A DNA stretch of 64,000 bases, taken from assembly GCA_041690135.1 (NCBI GenBank), contig JAWLHY010000004.1:32001-96000 (forward strand), given 5' to 3'. A program made the position numbers and the translations under genes. Under the pieces are notes generated by a model. The model saw only the letters and a program-made list of their open reading frames with translations. It had not been told where the DNA came from and did not search any database. The DNA is from Armatimonadota bacterium (GTDB lineage: Bacteria > Armatimonadota > SYMT01). Positions 1-10,026 of the stretch are shown piece by piece. The stretch's first letter is position 1; each line of letters starts with the position of its first letter.

Positions 1-280
1 CCTCGTGCTCTTCCGCGTGGGGCAGCAGGCGCTGCTGCCCGGCCTCTGGATGTTGCTATGGGGCGTGGGCGCTTTGGCGATGAGCTTCTTCACCCCCCGG
101 GTGATCTCCATGCTGGGCGCCACGTTCCTGGCCGCCGGCACGCTCGTACTGCTGGCGCCCCCGGTTCACGACGCGCTGTCGATGGGTCTCACTTTCGGCG
201 CTATTCACCTGGCCTACGGAATCGTGCTGACCTGCGCCCGCCAGGCGACTTGTGCCGCTCACCCTGCCCTACCACTCTGA
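1..280 (+). CDS. Membrane hypothetical protein, 5'-truncated by window edge
   Basis: Hydrophobic ORF running in from the edge; its TGA overlaps the ATG of the next gene. Confidence 0.6.
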   Translation, partial: LVLFRVGQQALLPGLWMLLWGVGALAMSFFTPRVISMLGATFLAAGTLVLLAPPVHDALSMGLTFGAIHLAYGIVLTCARQATCAAHPALPL

Positions 281-660
281 TGTTAGACGTAACGCCGTTC
301 GAAAAGCTGGACAAGGTCATCCACGAGCGCGGTCGCCTCGCGATCATGTCGCTCCTGGCTGCGACCGACTCGCTGACCTTCAAGGAATTGAAGGAGCACC
401 TCGGCATGACCGACGGGAATCTCAGTGTCCACATGCGGACCCTGGAAGAAGGGGGCTACGTGCTGGTGACGAAGAGTTTCGTCAACCGGAAGCCACGCAC
501 CGAGTATTCCCTCACCCCCGACGGCCGACAGGCCTTTCAGGAGTACATCCAGACCCTGGAGGAGATCGTAAAACAGTCGCAACAGGCGGAAGCGCATTTC
601 CGGCCGGCGGGCCGAGAACGGGCCACCCTCCTGCCCCCCAGCCTGGTCCCGGCCAAGTAG
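280..660 (+). CDS. Winged-HTH transcriptional regulator (ArsR/MarR-like)
   Basis: LDKVIHERGRLAIMSLL...TDGNLSVHMRTLEEGGYV...KPRTEYSLT; ATG at 280 coupled to the upstream stop. Confidence 0.85.
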   Translation: MLDVTPFEKLDKVIHERGRLAIMSLLAATDSLTFKELKEHLGMTDGNLSVHMRTLEEGGYVLVTKSFVNRKPRTEYSLTPDGRQAFQEYIQTLEEIVKQSQQAEAHFRPAGRERATLLPPSLVPAK

Positions 661-774
661 TGAAATAAATCTCGGAGGCGCGGCCGAACGCCGCGCTTCT
701 TTCGGGCCATCTATCTTTATGAAACAAAGTTCTTTGACCGAGGCGAGCGCCCGGTTGGTATAGGAGATCTATCG

Positions 775-1647
775 ATGCGGGTCGTTCTGGCGGAAAGTTA
801 TGGAATGTGCTTCGGGGTGCGGGATGCGATCGCGCTGGCGCTCAATTCGCCCCAGCGGGAACAGCTCACCGTCCTGGGAGAACTGGTCCACAATCAAGAA
901 GTCCTGCATACCCTGCGGAACGCCGGAGTGCGCAGTCTCCCTTCCATCGAGGCCGCACTCGCAGGAGAAGTGGAAACCTCCCGCGTCCTGATCACCGCCC
1001 ATGGCGCCTCGGGACGCGCCGTAGCGGCCCTCCGGGAGCGCGGACTGGAGGTGCTCGAAGCCACCTGTCCCCTCGTGCGGCACGCGCACCGCTCACTCCA
1101 GAAGCTAGTCCGGCAGGGCTACTTCCCCGTGGTCATCGGCAAGCCGGACCATGTGGAAGTACGCGGGCTCGTGGGCGACCTCGACGCTTATCGAGTGATC
1201 CAGTCCGTGGAGGAGATCCCGCTCCTGGCGGGCCACACCCGGCTGGGCGTAGCGAGCCAGACCACGCAGCCGCTCGACTTCGTGCTGAAGATGGTCGATG
1301 CGATCCGCGCGGCCTTTCCGGAAACGGAAGTGCGGTTCCTGGATACCGTATGCCAACCGACCAAGGAACGACAGGCTGCGGTCCGCCGGTTGGCCAGCGG
1401 GTGCGAAGTAGTGATCGTAGTCGGTGGGCGCACCAGCAACAACACCCGGCAACTGGTAGAGACCTGCGAGCGGGAGGGCGCGCGTGCCTATCAGGTGGAG
1501 TCCGCCGCAGACCTTTGCCCAGAGTGGCTGGCCGGAGCGGATACCGTGGGTCTCACCGCCGGCACTTCCACCCCCGATCGCGTCATCCGTGAAGTCCACA
1601 ATGCCCTGCTGGCCATGGCAGAGCCCCACCTGCGAGAAGCCGCATGA
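775..1647 (+). CDS. ispH: 4-hydroxy-3-methylbut-2-enyl diphosphate reductase
   Basis: GMCFGV, LVHN, AHG, ATCPLV, SQTT, TVCQPT, SNN and AGTSTP motifs; GGAG RBS. Confidence 0.95.
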   Translation: MRVVLAESYGMCFGVRDAIALALNSPQREQLTVLGELVHNQEVLHTLRNAGVRSLPSIEAALAGEVETSRVLITAHGASGRAVAALRERGLEVLEATCPLVRHAHRSLQKLVRQGYFPVVIGKPDHVEVRGLVGDLDAYRVIQSVEEIPLLAGHTRLGVASQTTQPLDFVLKMVDAIRAAFPETEVRFLDTVCQPTKERQAAVRRLASGCEVVIVVGGRTSNNTRQLVETCEREGARAYQVESAADLCPEWLAGADTVGLTAGTSTPDRVIREVHNALLAMAEPHLREAA

Positions 1648-2342
1648 AACACTGGGCCCGCTGGACCGCGGTCGTACTCTTCGCCACGGCGATGGCCTGG
1701 ATGGAAGCGGCGACCGTGGTTTACCTGCGGACGTTGGTCGGCCGCCTCGAACCGTACCAGGCGAATCCGCTGCCGATCGACCCCCACCTGTCGTGGGTGG
1801 AGGTGGTCCGCGAGGCGGCGACGCTGCTGATGCTCGGGACGGCAGGCTGGCTCGCCGGGCGGAACGGCCGGAGCCGCTTCGCCTACTTCCTGCTCGCCTT
1901 CGGGGTGTGGGACATCCTGTACTACGTGTTCCTGGCGGTGATCGGGCCGTGGCCCCGCACCGTCGTGGACTGGGACATCCTGTTCCTGATTCCGCTCCCG
2001 TGGTGGGGACCGCTGATCGCGCCGGCCAGCATCGCCGCCCTGATGGTACTCGGCGCCACGTGCGTCGTCCTGGGCGAGGAACAGGGGCGGAAGACCTGGC
2101 CTAGCCGGCGCGCCTGGACCCTCAATCTCACCGGCGCCGCACTGGCACTGGGGGTGTTCATGCAGGACGCGGTCCTGGCCCTCGCCACCGGTTCCTCGCG
2201 CCTGGAAGCCGTCCTCCCCACAACCTTCAACTGGCCGGTGTTCCTTCCCGCCCTGGCGATGATGGCCGTGCCGGTGGTGGAGCTGGCACGGCAATTGCTC
2301 CTGGGGCCAACACAAACGGGGGAAACAGGCATCGCCGCTTGA
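1644..2342 (+). CDS. Conserved membrane hypothetical protein
   Basis: Multi-TM ORF (EAATVVYLR, WDILYY, WDILFLIPLPWWGP); ATGA overlap with ispH. Confidence 0.75.
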   Translation: MKHWARWTAVVLFATAMAWMEAATVVYLRTLVGRLEPYQANPLPIDPHLSWVEVVREAATLLMLGTAGWLAGRNGRSRFAYFLLAFGVWDILYYVFLAVIGPWPRTVVDWDILFLIPLPWWGPLIAPASIAALMVLGATCVVLGEEQGRKTWPSRRAWTLNLTGAALALGVFMQDAVLALATGSSRLEAVLPTTFNWPVFLPALAMMAVPVVELARQLLLGPTQTGETGIAA

Positions 2343-2412
2343 TGCGACACCCATTCCCCCCTGCATCACGAACTCGCAGTCGCCCCACTAGATCGGGGCG
2401 GAACCGCAAGAA

Positions 2413-3204
2413 TTACGGGCCGTTGTCGTAGAGGCAGTCCACCGAGCCGCGGGCCGGGTTGACGAGGGCCTGCGTCTTATACCACTTGACGTGGCCGTCG
2501 GCGAAGGTCACGTTGGTGCCGCCCGCGTGGACCGGCGCCGGCCGCCAGGGGCTGCTGTTGTAGATGTCGACGTAGTTTCCGCCGCCATTCATCTGGCCGT
2601 TGGGGTCCTGCGGGAAGCGCACGTAACCCGAGTAGTTCCAGCTTCCCAGTTGCAGTTGCCACAGCGTGGGATCTTCGTTGTGGACCGGGCGCACCGTGGG
2701 GTTGTTCACCCAGGCAGTGTCGCAGAACCAGATGGTCTCCGCGGGCCGCTTCAACTGGGACGTGCTGATCGTCCCAAACCAGAGGGTCGGCGCGTCATCG
2801 ATGTTGGGCGTCGTCCGGAACTGGGTCATGCGGTAATTCAAACCGTAGGTCGCCGCGAAATCGGGGTAGGGCGCTTCCGTCACGGTCATGCTGGGGCAGG
2901 CTAGGATCTTCTCATTCTTCACATACGGCTGAATGAGGTGATGCCAGACCCCCGAACGCATCGCAGGGTAGGTGTCGTTGCCGACCCCGCCCGTTCCCCA
3001 AACGCGCACCGGACAGAGGTGCTCGTCGTAATCCGACTGGTACATCTGCAGGCCCTTGGCGACCTGAGCCATGTTGCTGGAGCAACTTGCGGTCTTTGCC
3101 TTCTCGCGGGCCTGCGCGAAGACGGGGAACAGGATCGCTGCGAGGATGGCAATGATCGCCACCACCACCAACAGCTCAATGAGAGTAAAGCCACGTCTCT
3201 TCAT
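2413..3204 (-). CDS. Prepilin-type N-terminal cleavage/methylation protein with C-terminal H-X9-DG motif (DUF1559-like)
   Basis: [36 protein letters not shown]; C-terminal HAGGTNVTFADGHVK; start trimmed to ATG 3204. Confidence 0.9.
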   Translation of the reverse strand: MKRRGFTLIELLVVVAIIAILAAILFPVFAQAREKAKTASCSSNMAQVAKGLQMYQSDYDEHLCPVRVWGTGGVGNDTYPAMRSGVWHHLIQPYVKNEKILACPSMTVTEAPYPDFAATYGLNYRMTQFRTTPNIDDAPTLWFGTISTSQLKRPAETIWFCDTAWVNNPTVRPVHNEDPTLWQLQLGSWNYSGYVRFPQDPNGQMNGGGNYVDIYNSSPWRPAPVHAGGTNVTFADGHVKWYKTQALVNPARGSVDCLYDNGP

Positions 3205-3421
3205 GGAAGAATCCGCTCCGGGCCGATCCGTGGATCGACCAGTGGTGAGAATAAAAGTAGCGGCAGTAGCCGCGCAAGCAGCTCGCAAAGGAGCTCGGTA
3301 GGATAGTTCACTTGCCAGTTCGCCTCCAGGGCGAGAGTTTCCCTGCCCGTCGGGCATAAAGTTTTCTGTTACGGGCGCCAGCACCCAGGAATGTCCGCGC
3401 GGGTGTCTAACTAGTAGAGCG

Positions 3422-4924
3422 ATGACCGACCCGCTCACCGTTTACGCCGGCCTGGAGCCGCGCGAGTTGTGGCGCCACTTCGCGGCGCTGAATGCCATAC
3501 CCCGGCCTTCCGGGGAGGAAGCGGCCGCACGAGACTATGTGCGACGCACCGCCACCGCCGCCGGCGCCCGCTGGGAGGGAGACGCAGCCGGCAACACCGT
3601 GATCTACGTACCGGCCACACCGGGTCGGGAACAGGCGCCCGCCACGCTTATCCAGGCGCACCTCGACATGGTGAGCGAGAAGCGACCGGAGGTGACACAC
3701 GACTTCAGCCGCGATCCGATCCGCCCGCGCGTCGTCGAGGGATGGGTCTACGCCAGCGGCACCACCCTGGGAGCGGACAACGGAATCGGCGCCGCCTGCA
3801 CGCTGGCCCTGCTCACGCAGCCCGGTCTCGCACACGGCCCGCTGGAACTCCTGTTCACGGTGGAAGAGGAGACCGGTCTCGGCGGCGCGACCGACCTGGA
3901 CCCGTCGTTGATCTCCGCGCGTTCCATGATCAACCTGGATAGCGAGGACCCGCGAGAGCTCACCATCGGCTGTGCCGGCGGGGCTGGGGCGGCCCTTGAG
4001 GTGGACCTGGAGACCGAGGCCCCGCCCGCCGGTTGGATCGGACAGGAGATCCGCATCTCCGGTCTCAAGGGCGGGCACAGTGGTGTCCAGATCCACGAGC
4101 CGCTGGCAAACGCGATCAAGCTCCTCACCGGCGCGCTGTTGGCACTGCGAACGGCGGGAATCCCCTATCGCCTCTGCCGGCTCGACGGAGGAAATGCCCG
4201 GAACGCCATTCCTCGGGATGCGGCGGCCATCGCGGTCCTACCGGCCGCCTCCATCGACGCCCTACAGCAAGTACTCGCCCGCTACCGACAGGAACTGTGG
4301 GAGACCTGGTCGGCGGACGAACCCAACCTCGCCCTGCAGGTCACCGGCGCTCCCGTCGCCCCGGCGGTAAGTCTCAGTACGACCGAGCAAATCACGGGTA
4401 TCCTGGAGAAACTACCGCACGGCGTCCTGGCGATGAGCGACCAATTTCCGGGGAAAGTGGAGACCTCCGCCAACCTGGCCACGGTCCGAACCGAGCCAGG
4501 ATCCGCGGGCAAGGGCAAATGGGTCATCGTCTCCAGCGTTCGAGGTTTCGTACAGGCGGAATTGGGGAAATTGTTGGCGCAGATCACCTCCCTCGCCCAC
4601 GAGGCAGGTGCGCGAGCTATCCTGCACGAAGGTTATCCGGGCTGGGAACCCGATCCGCACTCCCGGCTGCTTCTGACCGCGGAGACTGTCTATAATGAGC
4701 TGTTTGGCCGGGCTCCCGAGGTCCAGGTAATCCACGCCGGCCTCGAGTGTGGGATCATCGCCGCCAAGGCGCCAGGAATGGAGGCCGTCTCCTTTGGCCC
4801 CCGCATCGAAGGCGCACACACCCCCGAAGAGAGAGTGCTCATTTCTAGCGTGGACGGCACATGGCAATTGCTCCTGCGGTTACTGGACGCTCTCTCGCGG
4901 TCCCCGGCAGAGGCGCAATCATAA
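3422..4924 (+). CDS. pepD: Aminoacyl-histidine dipeptidase (M20C)
   Basis: QAHLDMV, TTLGADNGIG, VEEETG, NLDSED, GGHSG, HAGLECG, HTPEE. Confidence 0.92.
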   Translation: MTDPLTVYAGLEPRELWRHFAALNAIPRPSGEEAAARDYVRRTATAAGARWEGDAAGNTVIYVPATPGREQAPATLIQAHLDMVSEKRPEVTHDFSRDPIRPRVVEGWVYASGTTLGADNGIGAACTLALLTQPGLAHGPLELLFTVEEETGLGGATDLDPSLISARSMINLDSEDPRELTIGCAGGAGAALEVDLETEAPPAGWIGQEIRISGLKGGHSGVQIHEPLANAIKLLTGALLALRTAGIPYRLCRLDGGNARNAIPRDAAAIAVLPAASIDALQQVLARYRQELWETWSADEPNLALQVTGAPVAPAVSLSTTEQITGILEKLPHGVLAMSDQFPGKVETSANLATVRTEPGSAGKGKWVIVSSVRGFVQAELGKLLAQITSLAHEAGARAILHEGYPGWEPDPHSRLLLTAETVYNELFGRAPEVQVIHAGLECGIIAAKAPGMEAVSFGPRIEGAHTPEERVLISSVDGTWQLLLRLLDALSRSPAEAQS

Positions 4925-5041
4925 ACGGAATTCGAGAACTCACCTTCCGTTCATAAGCGACGTTTAATAAACGAATTACTACAAGCAATTGGGAACGATC
5001 CAGACCCTATGGTAATATGCGCGCGGAAAGGATGACGCAGC

Positions 5042-5908
5042 ATGCGAAGCCGGTACTCTTCGGACGAGACCCCCTCGACTCCCGCCCCGCCGGAGCCTGA
5101 CCACCACTCCCAAAACGGGATCCCCCCCTGGCAGTATAAGGCTGACGGCCCCCTCCTCACCGTTACCGAAGAGATCGAGCTCACGGAACGGATCCGCAGA
5201 GGCGATGAGCGCGCCCGCGAGCGAATGATCGAGGCCAATCTCCGCCTCGTGGTCAGCATCGCGCGCCACTATAATTGCCGCGGGATGACCTTCGAAGACG
5301 TGGTGCAGGAAGGTATCCTCGGGTTGATGTCCGCCATCAACAAGTTTGACCCCACCAAAGGGTTCCGCTTCTCCACTTACGCCACTTACTGGATCCGCCA
5401 GGCTATCGTGCGCGCCATTGAGAAGCAAAGCCGGATGATCCGCCTCCCCACGTATGCCTACCACGCCGTAGGCAAGCTGGAGCGGAGCAGCATGCAGCTC
5501 TCCGACAAGCTCGGCCGCCAGCCGACTTCCGAAGAACTGGCGGTGGAGACCACCCTTTCCGTCAGCACGGTGAACGCCCTCCTCCAGAGCATCCAAGAGC
5601 CGGTGTCGCTCGACGTGTTGCTCGGTGAGGCGGAAGATTACACCCTGGGCGACCTCCAACTCGATGCCGAGGCGCAGGACCCCGAGGACTACGCGCTGCA
5701 AACCGCCGACCGGGAGAACCTGACCCGCATTCTGGGAGTGCTGAAGCCGAAGGAGCGCACGGTCATCGAGAATCGCTACGGCCTGCGCGACGGCCGGGTA
5801 CGCAGCCTGAAGGAACTGGCCCAGGAACTGAACATGTCCCGGGAAGGCATCCGGCACATCGAAACGCGGGCGCTGCGCAAGCTGCGCCACGCGGTGGGTG
5901 TGAACTAG
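5042..5908 (+). CDS. RpoD/RpoS-like group 2 sigma-70 factor
   Basis: ANLRLVVSIA, KFDPTKGFRFSTYATYWIRQAI, SREGIRHIETRALRKLR. Confidence 0.92.
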   Translation: MRSRYSSDETPSTPAPPEPDHHSQNGIPPWQYKADGPLLTVTEEIELTERIRRGDERARERMIEANLRLVVSIARHYNCRGMTFEDVVQEGILGLMSAINKFDPTKGFRFSTYATYWIRQAIVRAIEKQSRMIRLPTYAYHAVGKLERSSMQLSDKLGRQPTSEELAVETTLSVSTVNALLQSIQEPVSLDVLLGEAEDYTLGDLQLDAEAQDPEDYALQTADRENLTRILGVLKPKERTVIENRYGLRDGRVRSLKELAQELNMSREGIRHIETRALRKLRHAVGVN

Positions 5909-5940
5909 ATCCGACGCGCCGACCGCAGCGAACGGATTTT

Positions 5941-5985
5941 AAACCACCAGGGGCCCGTCCGAAGGACGGGCCCCTGGTGGTTTTT
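5941..5985. terminator. Bidirectional intrinsic terminator between convergent sigma genes
   Basis: Long perfect hairpin AAACCACCAGGGGCCCGTCC/GGACGGGCCCCTGGTGGTTT with a T run on the + side and an A run before it. Confidence 0.85.
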
Positions 5986-6854
5986 CAACCGACCATCACC
6001 TTCTTGAGCTCGCGGAGCGCTTCTCGTTCGAGCCGGCTCACGTGCATCTGCGAGATACCCATGGCCCGGCCCACCTCGCTCTGGCTCCACTCGTCGAAGT
6101 AGCGGCGACGCAGGATCCACTGCTTGCGTGGCTCGAGATTGTCCATCGCGACCCGGAGCGGTTCATTGGTGACCACGCTGTCTAACCGCTGATCGCGACG
6201 CCCCAGCACCTCGTTCAGCCGCTCGTGACTATCGGCATCGTCCGCGCCAAGGTGGGCATCGAGCGAGTAGGGACTGTAAACTACGTCCAGTTCCATCGCT
6301 TCCACGATGGTCTCTTCGGGCAGGTCGAGGTGCTTGGCCAACTCCGGAATTGTCGGCGCTCGACCGCGCGTCCGCGACAACTCCTCGTTGGTGCGGTGGA
6401 CCGTACAGGCTACCTCCTGGAGCTGGCGGGGCACCTTCACCACCCAGGTGTAATCTCGGAAGTAGTGCTTGATCTCCCCGACGATGGTGTTCACGGCATA
6501 GGTCGTGAACTTCACCCCTCGCTCCGGATCGAAACGGTCGAGGGCCATGATGAGGCCGATGGTGCCGACCTGCACGAGATCCTCGATCGGGGCGCCGCGG
6601 CGGGCCATCTTGGCGGAGAGAATCTCCACCAGGTTGCGAAACTCCAGGATCGTCAACTCTCGAAGACGGGGGTTTCGTGTGCGGGCGTAACGGGCCGCCA
6701 GCTCCTCTCCGCCTGCGCGGCCCGCCGCCCGGGTCGTGGGCGGCGGAGCACCGCCGGGCGGACCCGATGACGCGGGTGGGGTGGCCGGTAGAGGTCCGGG
6801 AGGTGAGTTACGCTGCGGGACTGCTGGTTCCGGGGCAATTGAGATCATCGTCAT
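5985..6854 (-). CDS. SigB/SigF/SigG-family sigma factor
   Basis: EDLVQVGTIGLIMALDRFDPERGVKFTTYA...GEIKHYFRD...VKVPR, ISQMHVSRL. Confidence 0.92.
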   Translation of the reverse strand: MTMISIAPEPAVPQRNSPPGPLPATPPASSGPPGGAPPPTTRAAGRAGGEELAARYARTRNPRLRELTILEFRNLVEILSAKMARRGAPIEDLVQVGTIGLIMALDRFDPERGVKFTTYAVNTIVGEIKHYFRDYTWVVKVPRQLQEVACTVHRTNEELSRTRGRAPTIPELAKHLDLPEETIVEAMELDVVYSPYSLDAHLGADDADSHERLNEVLGRRDQRLDSVVTNEPLRVAMDNLEPRKQWILRRRYFDEWSQSEVGRAMGISQMHVSRLEREALRELKKVMVG

Positions 6855-7024
6855 TGAGACTGCCAGACGAAACTTCTGCTTGGCCTGCTACTGCCAGGAC
6901 CGTGCGCTATCGTGCAAGAGAATGCCTCAATGAGCAGGCCTTGTGTCGAGATCAGGTGACAGAATGATTACGGCCACCCAGTCCCACCCCGAGATTGGCC
7001 CTCGAAGTTGGGTATAGGAATACC

Positions 7025-7999
7025 GTGAAACTGCTCAACTGTCGCCGCCATCCGGAAAGCGCGGAGAGCACCCTGTGCGTTCTCGTCCGCGACCATGTCG
7101 TCCCCCTATCGCTGGGCGCGTCGCTCTGGCGCGACTGTCCCGGAAACCTCGCCAGCGTCGATGAGTTACTTCCCCACCTGGTGGATGGGAACTGGCCGGA
7201 AGGGGAGCGCTGCTATCGCCGTATGCAGGAGCTAACGGACGCGCAACTTCGATCCGCGGCCCGGTCCCTCGACAGCCAGGACCTGTTGCCGCCGCTGCTC
7301 CATCCGCCCAGTTTCCGCGACTTTTACGCCTTCGAAGCGCATGTGGCGAATGCGAGGCGGGCACGAGGCCTGGAGATGCTCCCGGAGTGGTACGAGGCGC
7401 CGGTCTTCTACTTCTCGAACACCGCGGCCCTTCTGGGGCCGAACGCCCCGGTGCGAAAACCGCGGAACACCGCGAAGCTGGACTTCGAGCTGGAGTTGGC
7501 GGCGGTGATCGGCAAGGAAGGGCGCGACATCCGCGTGGAGGAGGCGGATGGGTACATAGCCGGCTTCACCATCCTCAACGACTGGAGCGCGCGGGATATC
7601 CAGCGCCGGGAGATGAAGGTGGGCCTGGGTCCGGCCAAGGGGAAGGATTTTGCCTCCAGCCTGGGACCCTACCTGCTGACTCCCGACGAACTGGAGGATC
7701 GCGTGCTTCCCGACCGCAGCCGCGGCAAGCGGTACGACCTTCCGATGATCGCGCGCGTCAACGGCCGGGAGTATTCCCGCGGCAACGCGCAGGAGATGCA
7801 CTGGACCTTCGCGGAGTTGATCGCGAAAGCGTCCGAGAACACGGTAGTGCTGCCCGGAGACCTCATCGGCTCCGGTACGGTGGGAACGGGCTGCATCGTG
7901 GAATTCCCGGAAGGGACCTACCCGTGGCTGCAGGCGGGCGACGTAGTGGAATTGGAGATCGAGCGCCTGGGCGTCCTACGGAACCGGATTGTGGAGTGA
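7025..7999 (+). CDS. Fumarylacetoacetate hydrolase family protein
   Basis: RDFYAFEAH, LDFELELA, NDWSARDIQ, KGKDF, GSGTVG; adjacent to hmgA; GTG start chosen. Confidence 0.9.
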   Translation: MKLLNCRRHPESAESTLCVLVRDHVVPLSLGASLWRDCPGNLASVDELLPHLVDGNWPEGERCYRRMQELTDAQLRSAARSLDSQDLLPPLLHPPSFRDFYAFEAHVANARRARGLEMLPEWYEAPVFYFSNTAALLGPNAPVRKPRNTAKLDFELELAAVIGKEGRDIRVEEADGYIAGFTILNDWSARDIQRREMKVGLGPAKGKDFASSLGPYLLTPDELEDRVLPDRSRGKRYDLPMIARVNGREYSRGNAQEMHWTFAELIAKASENTVVLPGDLIGSGTVGTGCIVEFPEGTYPWLQAGDVVELEIERLGVLRNRIVE

Positions 8000-8002
8000 C
8001 AG

Positions 8003-9172
8003 ATGCCGAGATACGTCAAGCTAGGAGAGGTGCCGAAGAAACGGCACGTACAGTTCCGCAAGCCGGATGGATCGCTTTATTCCGAGCAGGTGTTCGGCAC
8101 CCGCGGCTTCTCCGGGATCGCCTCGATCCTCTACCACCTGCATCCGCCAACCCAGGTTGCCGACTTCGCGCCGGTGCTCCGGCAGGAGGAGCCGCAAACA
8201 GCACCTGAGATCGTGTCTGAAGAGACGTTACGGCACCGCCACCTGCGCACCCGCGAACTGGCCGCGGCAGGCGACCCGATCTCCGGACGCACTCCCCTGC
8301 TGTTGAATGAGGATGTGTGCCTGGGATATTGCCGGCCCGCCGAACCGATGGATTACTTCTACAAGAATGCCGACGGCGATGACCTGCTGTTCATCCATCG
8401 CGGCCAGGGACGGCTGGAGACGATGTTCGGCACCCTTCCCTACGGGCCCGGAGATTACCTGGTGATCCCTCGTGGAATCATCTACCGGGTCGTGGCGGAG
8501 TCGGCGGAGACAGCAATGCTCGTGATCGAGTCCGCCAGCGCCATCGAGGTGCCGCGCCGCTACCGGAACGAGTACGGCCAGATGCTGGAGCACGCTCCGT
8601 TCTGCGAGCGGGACCTCCGCGTCCCGGAGGTCCTGGAAACCCATGATGAAGAAGGGCAGTTCGAGGTCCGCATCAAGGCTCGCGGTCGCACCACCGCCTA
8701 TCATTACCCGTTCCACCCGCTGGACGTGGTGGGGTGGGACGGCTTTCTCTATCCCTGGGCGTTCAACATCTCCGACTTCGAACCGATCACCGGCAGTCTG
8801 CACCAGCCGCCGCCGGTCCACCAGACCTTCGAGGCGCGCAACTTCGTTGTCTGCTCCTTCGTCCCCCGGATGCTCGATTACCATCCGGGCGCCATCCCGG
8901 TCCCGTATAACCACAGCAACCTGGAGAGCGACGAGGTTCTCTACTACGTGAACGGAAACTTCGGCAGCCGGCGGGGCATCGAGGAAGGCTCGATTACCCT
9001 CCACCCATCAGGCCTCCCACACGGACCGCAGCCGGGGGTGGTCGAAGCAAGCCTCGGGCAGAAGCGAACGGAAGAGATGGCCGTGATGCTCGACACCTTC
9101 CGGCCCCTCCGCCGCACGCGGACCGCCGCAAATATCGAGGATGACCAGTATGCCTTTAGCTGGCGAGGGTAG
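8003..9172 (+). CDS. hmgA: Homogentisate 1,2-dioxygenase
   Basis: NADGDD, HPLDVVGWDG, HQPPPVH, PYNHSN, SDEVLYY, LHPSGLPHGP. Confidence 0.92.
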   Translation: MPRYVKLGEVPKKRHVQFRKPDGSLYSEQVFGTRGFSGIASILYHLHPPTQVADFAPVLRQEEPQTAPEIVSEETLRHRHLRTRELAAAGDPISGRTPLLLNEDVCLGYCRPAEPMDYFYKNADGDDLLFIHRGQGRLETMFGTLPYGPGDYLVIPRGIIYRVVAESAETAMLVIESASAIEVPRRYRNEYGQMLEHAPFCERDLRVPEVLETHDEEGQFEVRIKARGRTTAYHYPFHPLDVVGWDGFLYPWAFNISDFEPITGSLHQPPPVHQTFEARNFVVCSFVPRMLDYHPGAIPVPYNHSNLESDEVLYYVNGNFGSRRGIEEGSITLHPSGLPHGPQPGVVEASLGQKRTEEMAVMLDTFRPLRRTRTAANIEDDQYAFSWRG

Positions 9173-9866
9173 TGACCCGGAGTGGGTCGGCTTCGAGATG
9201 GAGCAGCTCAGCCGGCCGGACGCTCACCGGCTGCTGCTGCACTGCGTGGCGCCGCGCCCCATCGCACTGACCTCCACCCTTTCTCCGGAGGGGATCCCCA
9301 ACCTCGCTCCGTTCAGCTACTTCATGGCGGGAGGCGCCAACCCACCCTCCGTGGTGATCTCTCCCCTGACGGACCGCACCGGCCAGCCGAAGGATACCCT
9401 CCGTAACATCACTGCGACGGGCGAATACGTCATCAATGTGGCGACCTACGCCCACCGGGAACCGCTGAACCAGGCTTCCGCCGAGTACCCCTACGGGGTG
9501 AGCGAGTGGGAGCAGAGTGGCTTCACCCCCGTGCCATCCATCCATGTGGCCCCTCCGCGGGTGCGGGAGAGCCCCCTTGCCCTGGAATGCCGCCTGTTTC
9601 AGGTGGTCCCGCACGGCAGTGGTCCCCTCGCCGGGAACTACATCATCGGCGAGGTCGTGTATGTACACGTTGCCCGATCGCTGCTGCTGCCGGAAGGCGA
9701 GCCCGGCCGGATCGACGCCCGGAAGGTGGATTACATCGCGCGCATGGGGGCGGACTGGTACGCCCGCGTGCAGAGCGAGTGCATGTTCGAGCTTCCCCGC
9801 CCTCCCCGCATCGAGAAGTATCCCCCGGATCCCCAAGATCCCCCCAGGACCTCCAGCCGGCAGTAG
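9150..9866 (+). CDS. Flavin reductase-like (FMN-binding split barrel) protein
   Basis: VAPRPIA, NLAPFSYF, KDTLRNI, PRVRESP; start uncertain (9141/9150/9198). Confidence 0.85.
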   Translation: MPLAGEGSDPEWVGFEMEQLSRPDAHRLLLHCVAPRPIALTSTLSPEGIPNLAPFSYFMAGGANPPSVVISPLTDRTGQPKDTLRNITATGEYVINVATYAHREPLNQASAEYPYGVSEWEQSGFTPVPSIHVAPPRVRESPLALECRLFQVVPHGSGPLAGNYIIGEVVYVHVARSLLLPEGEPGRIDARKVDYIARMGADWYARVQSECMFELPRPPRIEKYPPDPQDPPRTSSRQ

Positions 9867-10026
9867 GAGAATCCGCGGTCCGGGCCGAACCATGTCTGGT
9901 TGTCTCGTCAGCCCGAACCAGGGATGGCCCTGCCGGTGCTCCGCCCCTCCCACCGGCCGCGTTCTCATTTAGAAACAATAACGCCGCACCCTCGGGGCTC
10001 GCGGCGGAAATGAAGGAGTTCTTTGT

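Noticed and set aside
5042-9866. Convergent sigma factors and the homogentisate cluster lacking hppD as a novel system
   Set aside because: Both are common arrangements, and hppD may be elsewhere in the genome.
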